From the human T2T-CHM13v2.0 reference genome, Homo sapiens, in assembly GCF_009914755.1 (NCBI RefSeq), contig NC_060931.1: a DNA stretch of 64,000 nucleotides; one strand, 5' to 3'. Numbering within the stretch: position 1 is the first letter of the stretch; each line of letters begins with the position of its first letter. Below, one piece after another: positions 52,392-64,000 of the stretch. Below the pieces are notes generated by a model. That model was not told the origin of the DNA. It worked only from the letters and a program-made list of their open reading frames with translations, and made no database searches. The translations under genes and the position numbers were made by a program.

Positions 52392-53348
52392 TAGTCATGT
52401 GCCACATAATAATGTTTCAGTCACTGATGAACCACATAAATGACAATGGTCCTATAAGATTTTAATAGAGTTGAAAAATTCCTGTTGTCTATTATTTGCT
52501 ATGCTATACTTTTTCATCTTATTTTAGAGTGTAGTCCTTCTACTTATTTAAAAAGAGTTAACTGTAAAACACCCTCAGGTAGGTCCTTCAGGAGGTATTC
52601 CAGAAGAAGACTTGGTTATCATAGGCGATGACAGCTCCATGTATCCCTGAAGACCCTCCTGTAGGACAAGATGTGGGGGCGAAAGACGTGATATTGATGA
52701 TCCTGATCCTGTGTAGGTCTGGGCTAATGTGTGTGTTTGTATATTAGTTGTTAACAAAAAAGTATAAAAAGTTAAAAAAAAAAATTAGAGAAAACTTATG
52801 GAATTGGGATATAAAGGAAGAAGTTTTGTACAGCTGTGTAATATATTTGTGTTTTAAGCTAAGTGTTATTACAAAAAAGTCAAAAAGTTAAAGTCTATAA
52901 AGTAAAAAAAGTTACAAGAATCTAATTAGCTATTGAATAAGGAAAAATATTTTTTAAATAAATTTAATGTTACCTAAGTGTACCGTGCTTATAAAGTCAA
53001 CACAGCATACATCAATGTTTTAGGCCTTCACATTCACTCACCACTCACTCACTAACTCACTCAGAGCCATCTCCATTTATGGTAAGTGCCCTATAGAGGG
53101 GTACCATTTTTTTTCTTTTATACCATATTTTTACTGTACATCTTCTATATTTAGCTATGTTTGGATATACAAATACTTATTGTAGTACACTTGCCAACAG
53201 TATTCAGTACAGTATAATGTGCTGTATAGTTTTGTAGCCTAGGAGCAATAGGCTATGCCGTATCGCCTAGGTGTGTAATAGGCTATACCATCTAGGCCTG
53301 TGTATGTACACTCTGTGATGTATGTAACCCTATCATTAAGCATGACTG
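52392..53348 (+). mobile_element. Tigger3b/Golem-like DNA transposon
   Basis: TIRs (t)agtcatgtg / catgactg; cctcaggtaggtccttcaggaggtattccagaagaag. Confidence 0.88.
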
Positions 53349-53429
53349 CATTCTATTAACAGGAATCCCTGGTGGCCACCACATTTCAAAATATAACATT
53401 TAATATAATTTTCCCTTAGAATGGATACA

Positions 53430-53840
53430 TTAATTAGAGTAGGCTGTCTGCTTTGCTGTTGACTTGAAAGGTATAATGGACTAAACCTTTGTTTATTTCT
53501 TGTTTACGTAGATTCCATAAAAGGGCTCCTGATTAGTGGATGACTTTCCTCCACCTGGTCTTTCACAAACTTTGTCTCCTTCTACTTTGTAGTCTGCCAT
53601 CTTCAGCATATTCCAAGATTGTTATTCTTATCTGAATTAAGTGAAGAAGGGAAAAGAAAGTGAGAGATTTTTGGAACATGTGTATGGGAAGTAGCATGCA
53701 TCACTCCTGCTTAAAATCCACTGGTTAGAGCTCAGTGACATGGCCACACCCAGATGACAAGGGAGACTGAGGAATGTCGTCTAGCTATAGTCTAGGAAAA
53801 AGAGAAAAAATTAGTTTGGAGAACAGCCATCTTGGTTCTC
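53430..53840 (-). mobile_element. Old MLT1 (J/K-like) LTR
   Basis: ctcagtgacatggccacacc...caagggagactgaggaatgt. Confidence 0.6.
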
Positions 53841-53946
53841 CTTCTATGTGGCTCTATAAACATCTTTTCTGAGGATAAGTAAATAAACTGGACAGAAAGG
53901 CTACTAATAGTTGCCAAATTATAAGGCAAATATACAATAAACAGTC

Positions 53947-54369
53947 TGTGTTGGTCCATTCCTGCAGTGCTATAAAGAAATGCCTGAGGTTGGATAATGT
54001 ATAAAGAACATAGTTTTATTTTGGCTCATGTTTCTACAGACTGTAGGAAGCATGGTGCTGGCATCTGCTTCTGGTGAGGGGTATTAGGAAGCTCACAATC
54101 ATGGTGAAAGACTGAAGAGAAGTAGGCCTACCACATGGTGAGAAAGAGAGAGCAGGAAAGAAAGTGGGGAGGTGCCACAGTCTTTTAAACAAGCAGATCT
54201 CCCATGAGCTACCTGAGCAAGAATTCACTCATCACTAAGGGGATAGTGCTAAGCCATTCATGAGTGATATGTCCTCATGATTAAATACCTCCCACTGGGC
54301 CCCATTTCCAACACTGAAGGTCACATTTCAACATGAGATTTTGAGGGGACAGAGATCCAAACCATTTCA
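53947..54369 (-). mobile_element. MSTB-like solo LTR
   Basis: gctataaagaaatgcctgag...tttcaacatgagattt...ccaaaccatttca. Confidence 0.9.
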
Positions 54370-54432
54370 CAACCACATGGCCATTAGAATCACAGAATAT
54401 GCCATATAAATTTAAAAAAAGTATGAGAAAGT

Positions 54433-54719
54433 TTTTATTTTTTAATTTTTTGAGGGAGGGTCTCGCTTTGTCACCCAGGCTGGAGTGCAGTGGTTGCAAA
54501 CACAGCTCACTGCAGCCTCGACTTCCCTGGACCCAAGCAATCCTCCCTCTTCAGCCTCTGGAGTAGCTGGCCCTGCATCTAGCTAATTTTTATGGTTTTT
54601 GAAGAGATGGGGTTTCGCCATCTTTCCCAGGCTGGTCTTGAACTCTTGAGCTCAAGTGATCCACCCACCTCAGCCTCCCAAAATTCTGGGATTACAGGTT
54701 TGAGCCACCATGCCTGGCC
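54433..54719 (-). mobile_element. AluJ-like, small internal deletion
   Basis: cacagctcactgcagcctcgac; ttgagctcaagtgatcc. Confidence 0.92.
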
Positions 54720-54789
54720 TGCGACAGCTATTAAATAATATAAAGAAAAATACCTCAAGAACATGACTTAATGGTAGGAGAGACTATCC

Positions 54790-55585
54790 AGAATATACAA
54801 AGTATCCCTATAGCTTGAAACCCCCAAAACAAACATCCCAATTTAAAAATTAGCAAAGGAGTCAAATACACATTTCTTCAAAGGAGATACATACGTGGCC
54901 AATAAGCCACATGTATAATGTGGCCACCTCCCTAAAGATGCTTAACATCAATAATCATTAGGGAAATGCAAATCAATACCACAATGAGATACTACTGCAT
55001 ACCCATTAGGATAGCTACTATAATTAAAACCAACAAACAGAAAATAACAAGTGTAGGAGAAGATATGGAGAAGTTGGAACCCTTACGCACTGTTGGTGGA
55101 AATTTAAAGTGGTTCAGTCTGTACTCAAAACAGCATGGCAATTACTCAAAAAATTAAAGCAAAAATTACCATATGATCTGGCAATTCCACTTTGGATTAT
55201 GGACCCAAAAGAACTGAAAGTAGAGTCTCTAAGAGAGATATTTGTATAGCTATGTTTATAATAGCATTATTCACAATAACCAAAAGGTGGAAGCAGCCTG
55301 TGTCTATTGGTAGATAAATGGATAAACAAAACAGTATGTCATATACATATAATGGGATATTATTTGCCCTAAAAAGGAAGAAAATTCTGACATGCTATGG
55401 ATGTGGATGCACCTTGGGGACATTATACTAAGTGAAACAAGCCAGTTACAAAAAGATAAATGCTGTATGATTCCATTTATATGAGATACCTAGAGTAATT
55501 ATATTTGTGCAAACAGAAAATAGAATAATGGTTTCCAGGGGCTGAGAGGAGGAGGGAATGGGGAGTTATTGTTTAATAAGCATAA
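54790..55585 (+). mobile_element. L1MB-like 3' fragment
   Basis: ORF2 C-terminal remnant MQINTTMRYY; tgattccatttatatgagatacctagagt. Confidence 0.85.
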
Positions 55586-56474
55586 GACAGAAGGTTATAT
55601 GAATAGTGGAAACTTCCTACAAGAGAATGTTGTGGAGAGCATTCAGAAGACAACAGAACAAGAAAGATACCTCTCTTTTTGCTATGCTTAGGAAGGATAT
55701 TGGAGGAGAGTGTTCTTATGAGGATATGTTTGGACATTTGACTCAGAGGGGAAAAAAAGGATCATTTCAAAAACAGAAGGTTAAATCTAAGGGGAATATT
55801 TTTGCACCATAAGGGAGGGATTTCTTGGAGGTGGTGGAGGGATTGGCAGTTAGCTCAAATGTGCCTCTGTGTTCTTGGATTATTTATTTTCTTTTTGATT
55901 CTGGTTTGTTTTCTGCCATATTATGGCCATCATGTGGTGCTTGTTTGATGCTGCAATTCATCTCATTTTGACACTTTTTATTTTTGAGAGTAGATCTCCT
56001 TGACAAACATGCCGATAATGGAGACCATCTCTTACTGAATCTATCACTGCTTGTTTTCAGTTTAAACATAAACTAAAATCTGTCCCCTGACTCCTATGAT
56101 TGTATTAAACTCTTTCCGAAAGGTATTCAACATGTAAGAGAAATATTTATGGGACAAGCAGTATTCTCACCTATTCCTAGCTTGGATTCCACAGATTTTA
56201 TACATGATGGGAGAAAACACTGCCCAACTTGATCTTTTTCAGTAGAGTGCTTACTCATGGGGATTTGTTTTTTCTGCTCCTGCTCTGATTTCAGAAATTT
56301 GAACTGTCATTCAAATTGACTTTAGCTGACAGAAATAACTTATCCCTTGTGGGAAGACTTTGGAAAAGTCTAGGATTAAGGAGACGAAAGTCCAGTGCTT
56401 CTCTGACATATTAACCCAGTGTACCTGATTAATATTAAAGAAAAGCCATGGCTTTTATAACCCTCTTCTTATAA

Positions 56475-56765
<291 letters not shown>

Positions 56766-56969
56766 CCAGAATATTACCTCTTCTGAATTTTCTTAAGAAA
56801 ATAAAAACTCCTTTCAAATATTTTCAAAATACAGTATAAGAAAATATTGTACGTGTGCTAAATGTACTTTGATCTACTTAGAAATCAATATAGCCAGATG
56901 GAGGTTATATTAATTTTCAAAATGAGTAACGATAGTTCTTAGTAATATTAATGGATATGATCATACAAT

Positions 56970-57145
56970 TGTTAACTATGTGCCAGACACTGAGCTAAGT
57001 AAGAACTTTGCAGGCATTACTTCATTTAATCCTTCAAGCCTCCTGCAGTATGGACTATTATCATACCTACTTCACAGAAGAAATTGAAGCTTAAAGAAGT
57101 TAAGGACCTCGTCCAAGGTCAAGGAACTCTTAAGTAGCAGAACCA
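56970..57145 (-). mobile_element. MIR
   Basis: tatgtgccagacactg...tcatttaatcct...aaattgaagcttaaagaagttaag. Confidence 0.75.
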
Positions 57146-60100
57146 ATTACTTAAAAAAAGAATGAAAACATAAATTTCCACTCAAATCTAAGCCCTTTGG
57201 TTTGGACTATGCCTTTGCCCATTACTTCTGGCTAGAAAATGGTTTTTTTGTGTTTTTGTGTTCTTTTTTTTTTTCCCCTCCCTGGGCAGTTGGTGAGAAC
57301 TGTCTGAAAACAAAACAAAACAGAATCAAAACAAAAACAATTTTCCCACCATGCAGTCTTCTATTTTAGGACTTTGTGTCTTGTGTTGTTGGTTTTGTTT
57401 CTCACATCGAGCTTGATTTCAGCCAGATTTGTTGTCTGTTTTCTCATCATATTTGAGCCTTCACTTTCCTTCATCATTGTTGACTTTATGATGTTCTGTT
57501 CCCTTAATGATTATTTTTAAGATATGGTGCAGAGAATTATATTAAAAAGGCAAGCAGAAGGTATATGCATCTGAGAACTGGGAAAGGAACTTAAACTTTC
57601 ATCAAGAGAATCATGAATAGATAATGATGATGAGAAAAGGAGAGTGGGATATATACAAGGTTATCTACACAAAAGAAAACGACTGCTCACCTAAGTACTG
57701 GCAAGATCCAAAAGAAAGAGAGAGCCTGGGGCATTTGACAGCACTCTGTTGTGTTACATAGAGAAAGTTTAACATATTCTCAACAAAACCCACCAAAATG
57801 AAAGAAAAAATCCAAGTTAAGAGATTTACAAAGCTACATTTTATGACCCACTCTTGACAATTTATGTGTGTGATGAAACCAGGAAAAAGATATGAAGGGC
57901 AAGATGACAGAGTGATTCACTCCATTAATCACCTCACCCAAACTCTACCAAAACCAATAATGGTCCTTATTTACCATATAATGTTTACTCAATAGAATTA
58001 AATACAACAATCAAGAGCTATTGCTATGCCCATACTGTGGATCAAGTGAAATTAAGAGTGATGAAGTAATTTGTTCCAGATCATACAATTTTTCAGTGGT
58101 AAAAATGTTATATGAAGTTAGTTGCTGTTACATCAGAGCTTAATTTCTTAAGCAGTAGGCTGTTGATCAAGCGTCACTCACTTGATATTTCACTATTGCT
58201 TCTTTTAAGAGTTAGGTACAGCTAACTCTTGGGAAAAGTTGATTTTTTTCTGAATATGTAAACCTAAAAAATACTTAAAAATTATCAAGGTATAAATTGT
58301 CTGGAGATGAACATGTCATACTTACTTTTTACTAAAAGGGGCTGTAAATCACATTGCCAGATTTATACTGAAAAGCAAAAAGCTAATTCCTATATGCTTT
58401 AGGTAGAGCAGGATCTTAGGCTGAAGGGACTCTCCTACCTGTATACAGAATGGTACAGTATTATTAGTCTAAGCCCCTGTGTTTTTGCATTGTTCTCATC
58501 CTTAAGTATAATAGGATGTAGAATACTTGTGTAATGAAACCGCTATTTCTTTCTATTCAACTATGAACTGAGTCAGCACAATTTTCCCAAGCCTGACATT
58601 TTTAATACTGTTGTAGTTTTTTTGGTCCTATAGGTATTTGGGTACAGTGGAAGGTGGCCAAATAGGGAGGCCGTAGTAGGCTGTGCTGTTTGATGCTCCT
58701 AAGTGAGTAGGTTGAGATAAGGGCTGGGTCAGAGACCCAAGCAGCTAGTGAACTAATAGAAATTGACTGGAGCAGAGAAAGCAAAATGGGCAATTCCATG
58801 CCATATTCCTTAAAGGGGATATGAGGAGGCATAGAAAGCCAAAAGAATACGGTTGCCAAAGTCAATTCCTTCCTGGTTTTCTGGCATAAAACTGGTTTAT
58901 TACAAAGTTCTTTAGAAAAGTGACTCAATCTCACAAAAACAATCAACCTTAGCCAAATTGAGTGAAATTATATTAACATTTTACCAGTCATCTCTTTGGG
59001 TTTAACTGATGACAATCAATTCCTAGTGCATTTCCTTTCATTCTGATGTATACTATAAAGTTTGGATGTTAACATAAGGATCAGAACCTCTCTCCAGACA
59101 ATGGGCCTACAGAAATGAACTGTATCATTTTCAACAGCCATTTGTCTTTTCTAGCCAGAATCATAGTCCAACATTTTTCCTGTTGGTCAGGAAATAGCGA
59201 AGTACAGACTTTTATGAGGTTTTTGGCTATTTAGTTTCCTTTTTTTTTTTTTTTTTTTGCCAGAATTTAAGTATTCTAAATACAGGGATGAGAGAGATAG
59301 AGAAAATGAAAAAAGAGAAATGGCACATTTAAAAACCAGCAAATGAAAAATGGAAGTCATTTAAAGTAGTAAGTGAAGAAGAGGAATTTAGCAAGGATGT
59401 AAATGTTTTATGAGTAGTCTCTGTTTTACATAATTTGTATGGCTTAATCCTGGTTATGATTCTATAACATTGATTATTAACAACATTAGAATAAATATTC
59501 CCTAAAATTAAACAATGAATTATATCACTAATGTGTTTGATACTTTGGATCAATTTTCCTGGATCTTTGTGATAAGTATGATTGTCATTATAGCATACTT
59601 CAAAATGAGATAAAAGTGATAAGGACAATACTTTTAATATTTCCACCAAAGTGATATTGCCTTAAATCTTAGATAACAGAAGTCAACAGTAGAATCTGGA
59701 ACATTTCCCAAGCATGCACCATTTCTAATTCTTTATTTCATCTCTGCCTGGAAGAGTTAGAGAATTATAATAGTCTCTAAACCAGTATAAAAAGGGCAGA
59801 TTCTGAGCAAAAATTTGGATGGCAGACAGGCCTGGCAGCGCCACAAAGATGAAGAACCGGGGAATGCCTGGATAAAGCAACAGACTTGGTTCTAGACGCT
59901 GTTAAACTTAATTTGGCAGTACCGTATTTGACTTGAAACTTAGTTAAATATCCTGCAGTGGGTGGTTCTGAAAATAAAAATCTAGTTAATCCATCTGGCC
60001 TTTTAGCTATGCAAAGTATAGAACAATTTGCCTGGATTCTCTCTTTCCATTATTCCCTCTCTGATGACTTTCATTGCTGGAATCTATTTTTGGCATTCGT

Positions 60101-60859
60101 ATATCAGAAAAAACTAGCTGAGCATGCTCTGAATCCTCCTCTATCAATAGACATTGATAGCAAAGCTTTTCAAGGCATAACACGTTGACAGCCATACATT
60201 AATTATCTTTCTGGGGGAAAAAAAAGCACACAGACATTAGAAAAGATGATATTTTTATACTTCCTTTTACTATAACACAGCTCTATTTTTTTGAAATGAG
60301 GTTATATATAGATGCAACTTAGTGCTCTAGTGACTAGATTTTAAGATTCTATAAACTATCAAACCATTATGTAACCTACTCAAATAATGAGTCTTTTAAA
60401 ATGGAAAACACCCAATCATAAAGTGACAACAATTGAAAGCAAGAATGAATTTAGGTAACATTTACATCTGATGGATATAAACCTCAACGTCTGTGGAAAT
60501 GAATGCTAAATATAGTTAATCTAATTTACTAAGCAATCTTCTTTAAAGCAATTCATTCTTCTTCAGCAAATTAAATAATAAACACATATCTTTGGAATGC
60601 AGTTTTCCTTTGTTAAATGTATCTAGAAAAACCCACAAGGATTAAGTGTAATGAAACAAAACAGAATACATAAGAGTCTTTTTAATTTCAGTCACATTTC
60701 TCATTTGCTGTGGGAAATGTCTTTTGGCTCATAAATATAAATATATCTAACATCAATAATATTCAAAGAATTGTACATTTAAGCAATAAGAGACTACTTT
60801 AAAAAATCAACTTGAAAAAATATTAAAAAGAACATAAATTACTCAGTATTACTGAGGCA

Positions 60860-61530
60860 ATGAAGAAACATGCTTACCCAACACACTGTTGGTGAGAGTG
60901 TGAAAGGGTAAAAAAAAATTCTGGAGTGCTATTTGACAATAAAAATACAAATATTTTTTGACCCAGCAATTCCACATCTAGCAGTTTAATGACATAACTA
61001 AAATAGTATATATATATATGTGTGTGTGCGTGTATGTGTATATATATATATATGGCAGCAAGAAGTAAATATTATGTGTGTGTATATATACACATATACA
61101 CACATGTATGGCAGTGTTATTTCAAAAAATTAGAAACAAGGTAAGCATAAATAAAATGCAATAAACAATGCATGCATGATATAGCCAAAGAATGGAATTA
61201 TATGAACCAGAAAAAAATCTTGATTTAAATATAGTTTTATTTACATGCTAATTTATTGATGATTATAGTATTGTATTAAGAAAAGGACATTTTTGACATT
61301 TCTGGGAGCTATGACAATCTTCTGTTTTCATGTGTGTGTGAGAGAGAGAGAGAGAGTGAGAGAGAAGGACAGACAGAGGGATAGACAGAGAGAAAGAGAT
61401 GTGGGAGGCGAATAGAAGAAACAGAAATGGTAGAATGTTGAAGCGGAGTAATGAGTACATGAGAGCACAACTTACTAATCACTCTACTTTTGTGAATGTT
61501 TGAAAATTTTTATAGCAATATTTTTAACAC
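60860..61530 (+). mobile_element. L1ME-like 3' fragment with (TA/TG) and (GA) microsatellites
   Basis: ttgacccagcaattccacatctag; tgtttgaaaattttt. Confidence 0.65.
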
Positions 61531-62439
61531 AAGGTTACACATCATTTTTTAATAGCAATATTTTAGGTGGTAGAATTGTAAAGGTTCCTTCTCTTCTTTT
61601 GCTTATCAGTGAACACAGATTACTTGGTAAATGTTTTAAAAGTAAAAATGAATAAAAATTAAGTCTATGGGAAAACATGTTTAGCTTTTTGTTTCCCCAA
61701 CCCTGAGCTCCATTCAACTATTGTTGACAACTCTACCTCCTCTCTCAGACCTATCTGCTCTCCAAGCCAGTTGTTACCTAGGGCTAAATGGATACAGAAG
61801 GTTGTACCTCAGAAAAATCTTTGGTTGAGCATCAGTCTCTTTGCTGATGCTAAAATATTCATTTTAGAGTCAATATTAAATAATAAGAGGATCACAAATC
61901 AAGAAAATTATGTATCGAATGAATATGGAACTTCATTCACTTCTTTAGTAAATGTCTAAACAAGCCCATCTCCTGCTGTGCCATTTCTTGCTGTTACATA
62001 GAACTGATACTTAATTCTTGGCAATTTCCCTAGGCCGAGCTCTTTTTCTTGTCTAAACACCAATATTCTGGTTTGTACTTCTGTGTACAGGGTCAATCAC
62101 ATCTGCCTGCTCCTCTTCACCTTAGTCAAACCTCATCCTCTCAAATCTATCCTCACATGGGCCTCTGGCCTTCTGATCTGGCCTTTGCCCTTTGTCTCCC
62201 TAGACTCAAGGCATCATTTCGTTTTTCTCTTGTTAATTATCTTTACCCAACTGGTTTACAAGGCAAGTTGTTCACATCTGTTCTACCTCCTACCTAACCA
62301 AACTATCTCCATGGACTGCACTGCTCTGAGGCTGCTTAAGTAACAATGAAGCCAACCCTTCATTAGCAGAGAAAATAAAACCAAGCTGTGTCAGTTGTGA
62401 ATGTCTGGTCTAGCAGTTTTCAGCATCCTTATATTCTTA

Positions 62440-62670
62440 GAGATTTAGTATATGATTGGAGGGAAAGGTTGACTGTAGACATAGATTACCTGGAGTCAAA
62501 TCCTGGGTCTGCAACTTGGTAGTTGTGGAAACTTAGACAAATGAAGTGCCTCCGCATTACCATTTGTAAAGTTGGAGTAATATTCTCCGATTATTAAATA
62601 AGCTAATATAAATAAAGCCCTTAGAACAATACCTGATACATAGAAAGACTCAAATTAGTATTTGTTCTAG
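62440..62670 (+). mobile_element. MIR
   Basis: caaatcctgggtctgc...catttgtaaa...cttagaacaatacctgatacatag. Confidence 0.75.
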
Positions 62671-63301
62671 TTACTTACTCTAATATTCATGTTTAACTTC
62701 TTTGAACATAGTCATTACTAAACAAATACGTATGGGAAAATTTAGAGTGAATATTAAATAATAAAATAACAAAAGTAAAAAAGTTATGTCTTGGATGAAT
62801 GTGTAAGTTCATTCCCTCCTTTATTAAATATTTATTGAGTTTCTGTGATGAGGCAGTCACTGTGCTAGCTACTGGGCAGATGACTGGGAATGAGATAAAT
62901 GAAGCCTTTGCCCTTATGCACTTACATTATAATGGAGCTTAAATTTGAATTGATGAAGGAATACATCAGTGGCTTTGTGAATGCCAAGGCATATGATTGT
63001 AACCTTTATTCTGAAGTGGCTTTCTCTTTGCCAGATAAGAAAAGGCATCTTCGGGCATGGTCAACTATTTTGGAAATTCTGCCTCTGTTCTTTGTGACCT
63101 TGGAAGATGATTCATAATTGTATATTTATTAATCATGATAAAAATTGCTGACTCATTTTATAAGATTCAATTTTAATAAAACTTCATACGTGATGCTTCA
63201 CATCAGCATAGCAAATAAAATATTAGCCCTGATAAAATATTCACTTTTTTGGTTTTGCTTCATTATTCTACAAAAAACCCCCATAATGTTATTTTTAATT
63301 A

Positions 63302-63356
63302 TTAGATTGGTGCAAAAGTAGTTGCAGTTTGTGCCATTACTTTTGCACCAACCTAA
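63302..63356. mobile_element. MADE1 (Hsmar1-derived MITE), internally deleted to 55 bp
   Basis: TA-flanked ttagattggtgcaaaagta...tacttttgcaccaacctaa inverted repeats. Confidence 0.92.
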
Positions 63357-63650
63357 TATATATTTTACAACACATGTTTATTGATAGACTTCCAATAATA
63401 CATAAAATAATAAAGTAAAACATCAATGGAAATCCAATTATCATGAGATTTAATAAACACTATTAATATGTTGTGATTTTCTTTTCATGAATCCCTTATG
63501 CACTCATGTAAAAATTTTACATAAATGGAATGATATTACATAAGAAGTTTTAGCCATTAATACTTTTCTTTCTTTTTTTTTCTTCTTTTTCATTTTGCCT
63601 CTATGAACAGTGCTGAAACAAACATCTTATGTATTGATGCTTTCACTTCT

Positions 63651-63960
63651 TTTTTTTTTTTTTTTTTTTTTTTTTGAGACAAGAGGGTCTCATTCTGTCG
63701 CCCAGACTGGATTGCAGTGGCTCGATCTCCATGAACTGCAACCTCCGCCTCCCAGGCTGAAGCCATTCTCCTGCTTCAGCCTCCCGAGTAGGTAGGATTA
63801 CAGGCATGCACCACCACGCCAGGCTAATGTTTGTATTTTTAGTAGAGACAAGGTTTTACCATGTTGACTAGGCTGGTCTGGAACTCCTGACCTCAAATGA
63901 GCCATCCACCTCGGCCTCCCAAAGTGCCGGGATTATAGGCATGAGCCACCGTGCCCAGCA
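63651..63960 (-). mobile_element. AluS
   Basis: Poly-T; TSD tgatgctttcacttct/tgaggctttcacttct. Confidence 0.96.
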
Positions 63961-64000
63961 TGAGGCTTTCACTTCTATAGGTTAAATTCCAAAAGTAGGA

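Noticed and set aside
59825-59850. CTCF-like motif (also ~53365-53380)
   Set aside because: Only half of the CCASYAGRKGGCRS core matches.

Overview
AT-rich, CpG-poor primate (most likely human) non-coding DNA, made largely of nested transposable elements: L1s of many ages (L1PA, L1MA/MB/MC/ME), L2, CR1/L3, Alus, MIRs, MaLR/ERV LTRs and the DNA transposons MER20, MER5, Tigger2a, Tigger3 and MADE1. I see no spliced protein-coding gene, RNA gene or CpG island. The only intact, recognisable ORF is a very young full-length RPL21 processed retrocopy (49006-49604). It has a perfect 13-bp TSD, a TOP/YY1-containing 5' end and one amino-acid change from RPL21 as I recall it. Other notable items are a frameshifted L1 ORF0 homolog pointing into the window, two twin-priming inverted L1s, a 16-kb nested TE stack, an accidental L1 ORF1-ORF2 fusion, and several template-switch palindromes or templated insertions. 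I found no convincing previously undescribed biological system. Subfamily names and consensus comparisons are from memory and need RepeatMasker/Dfam confirmation.
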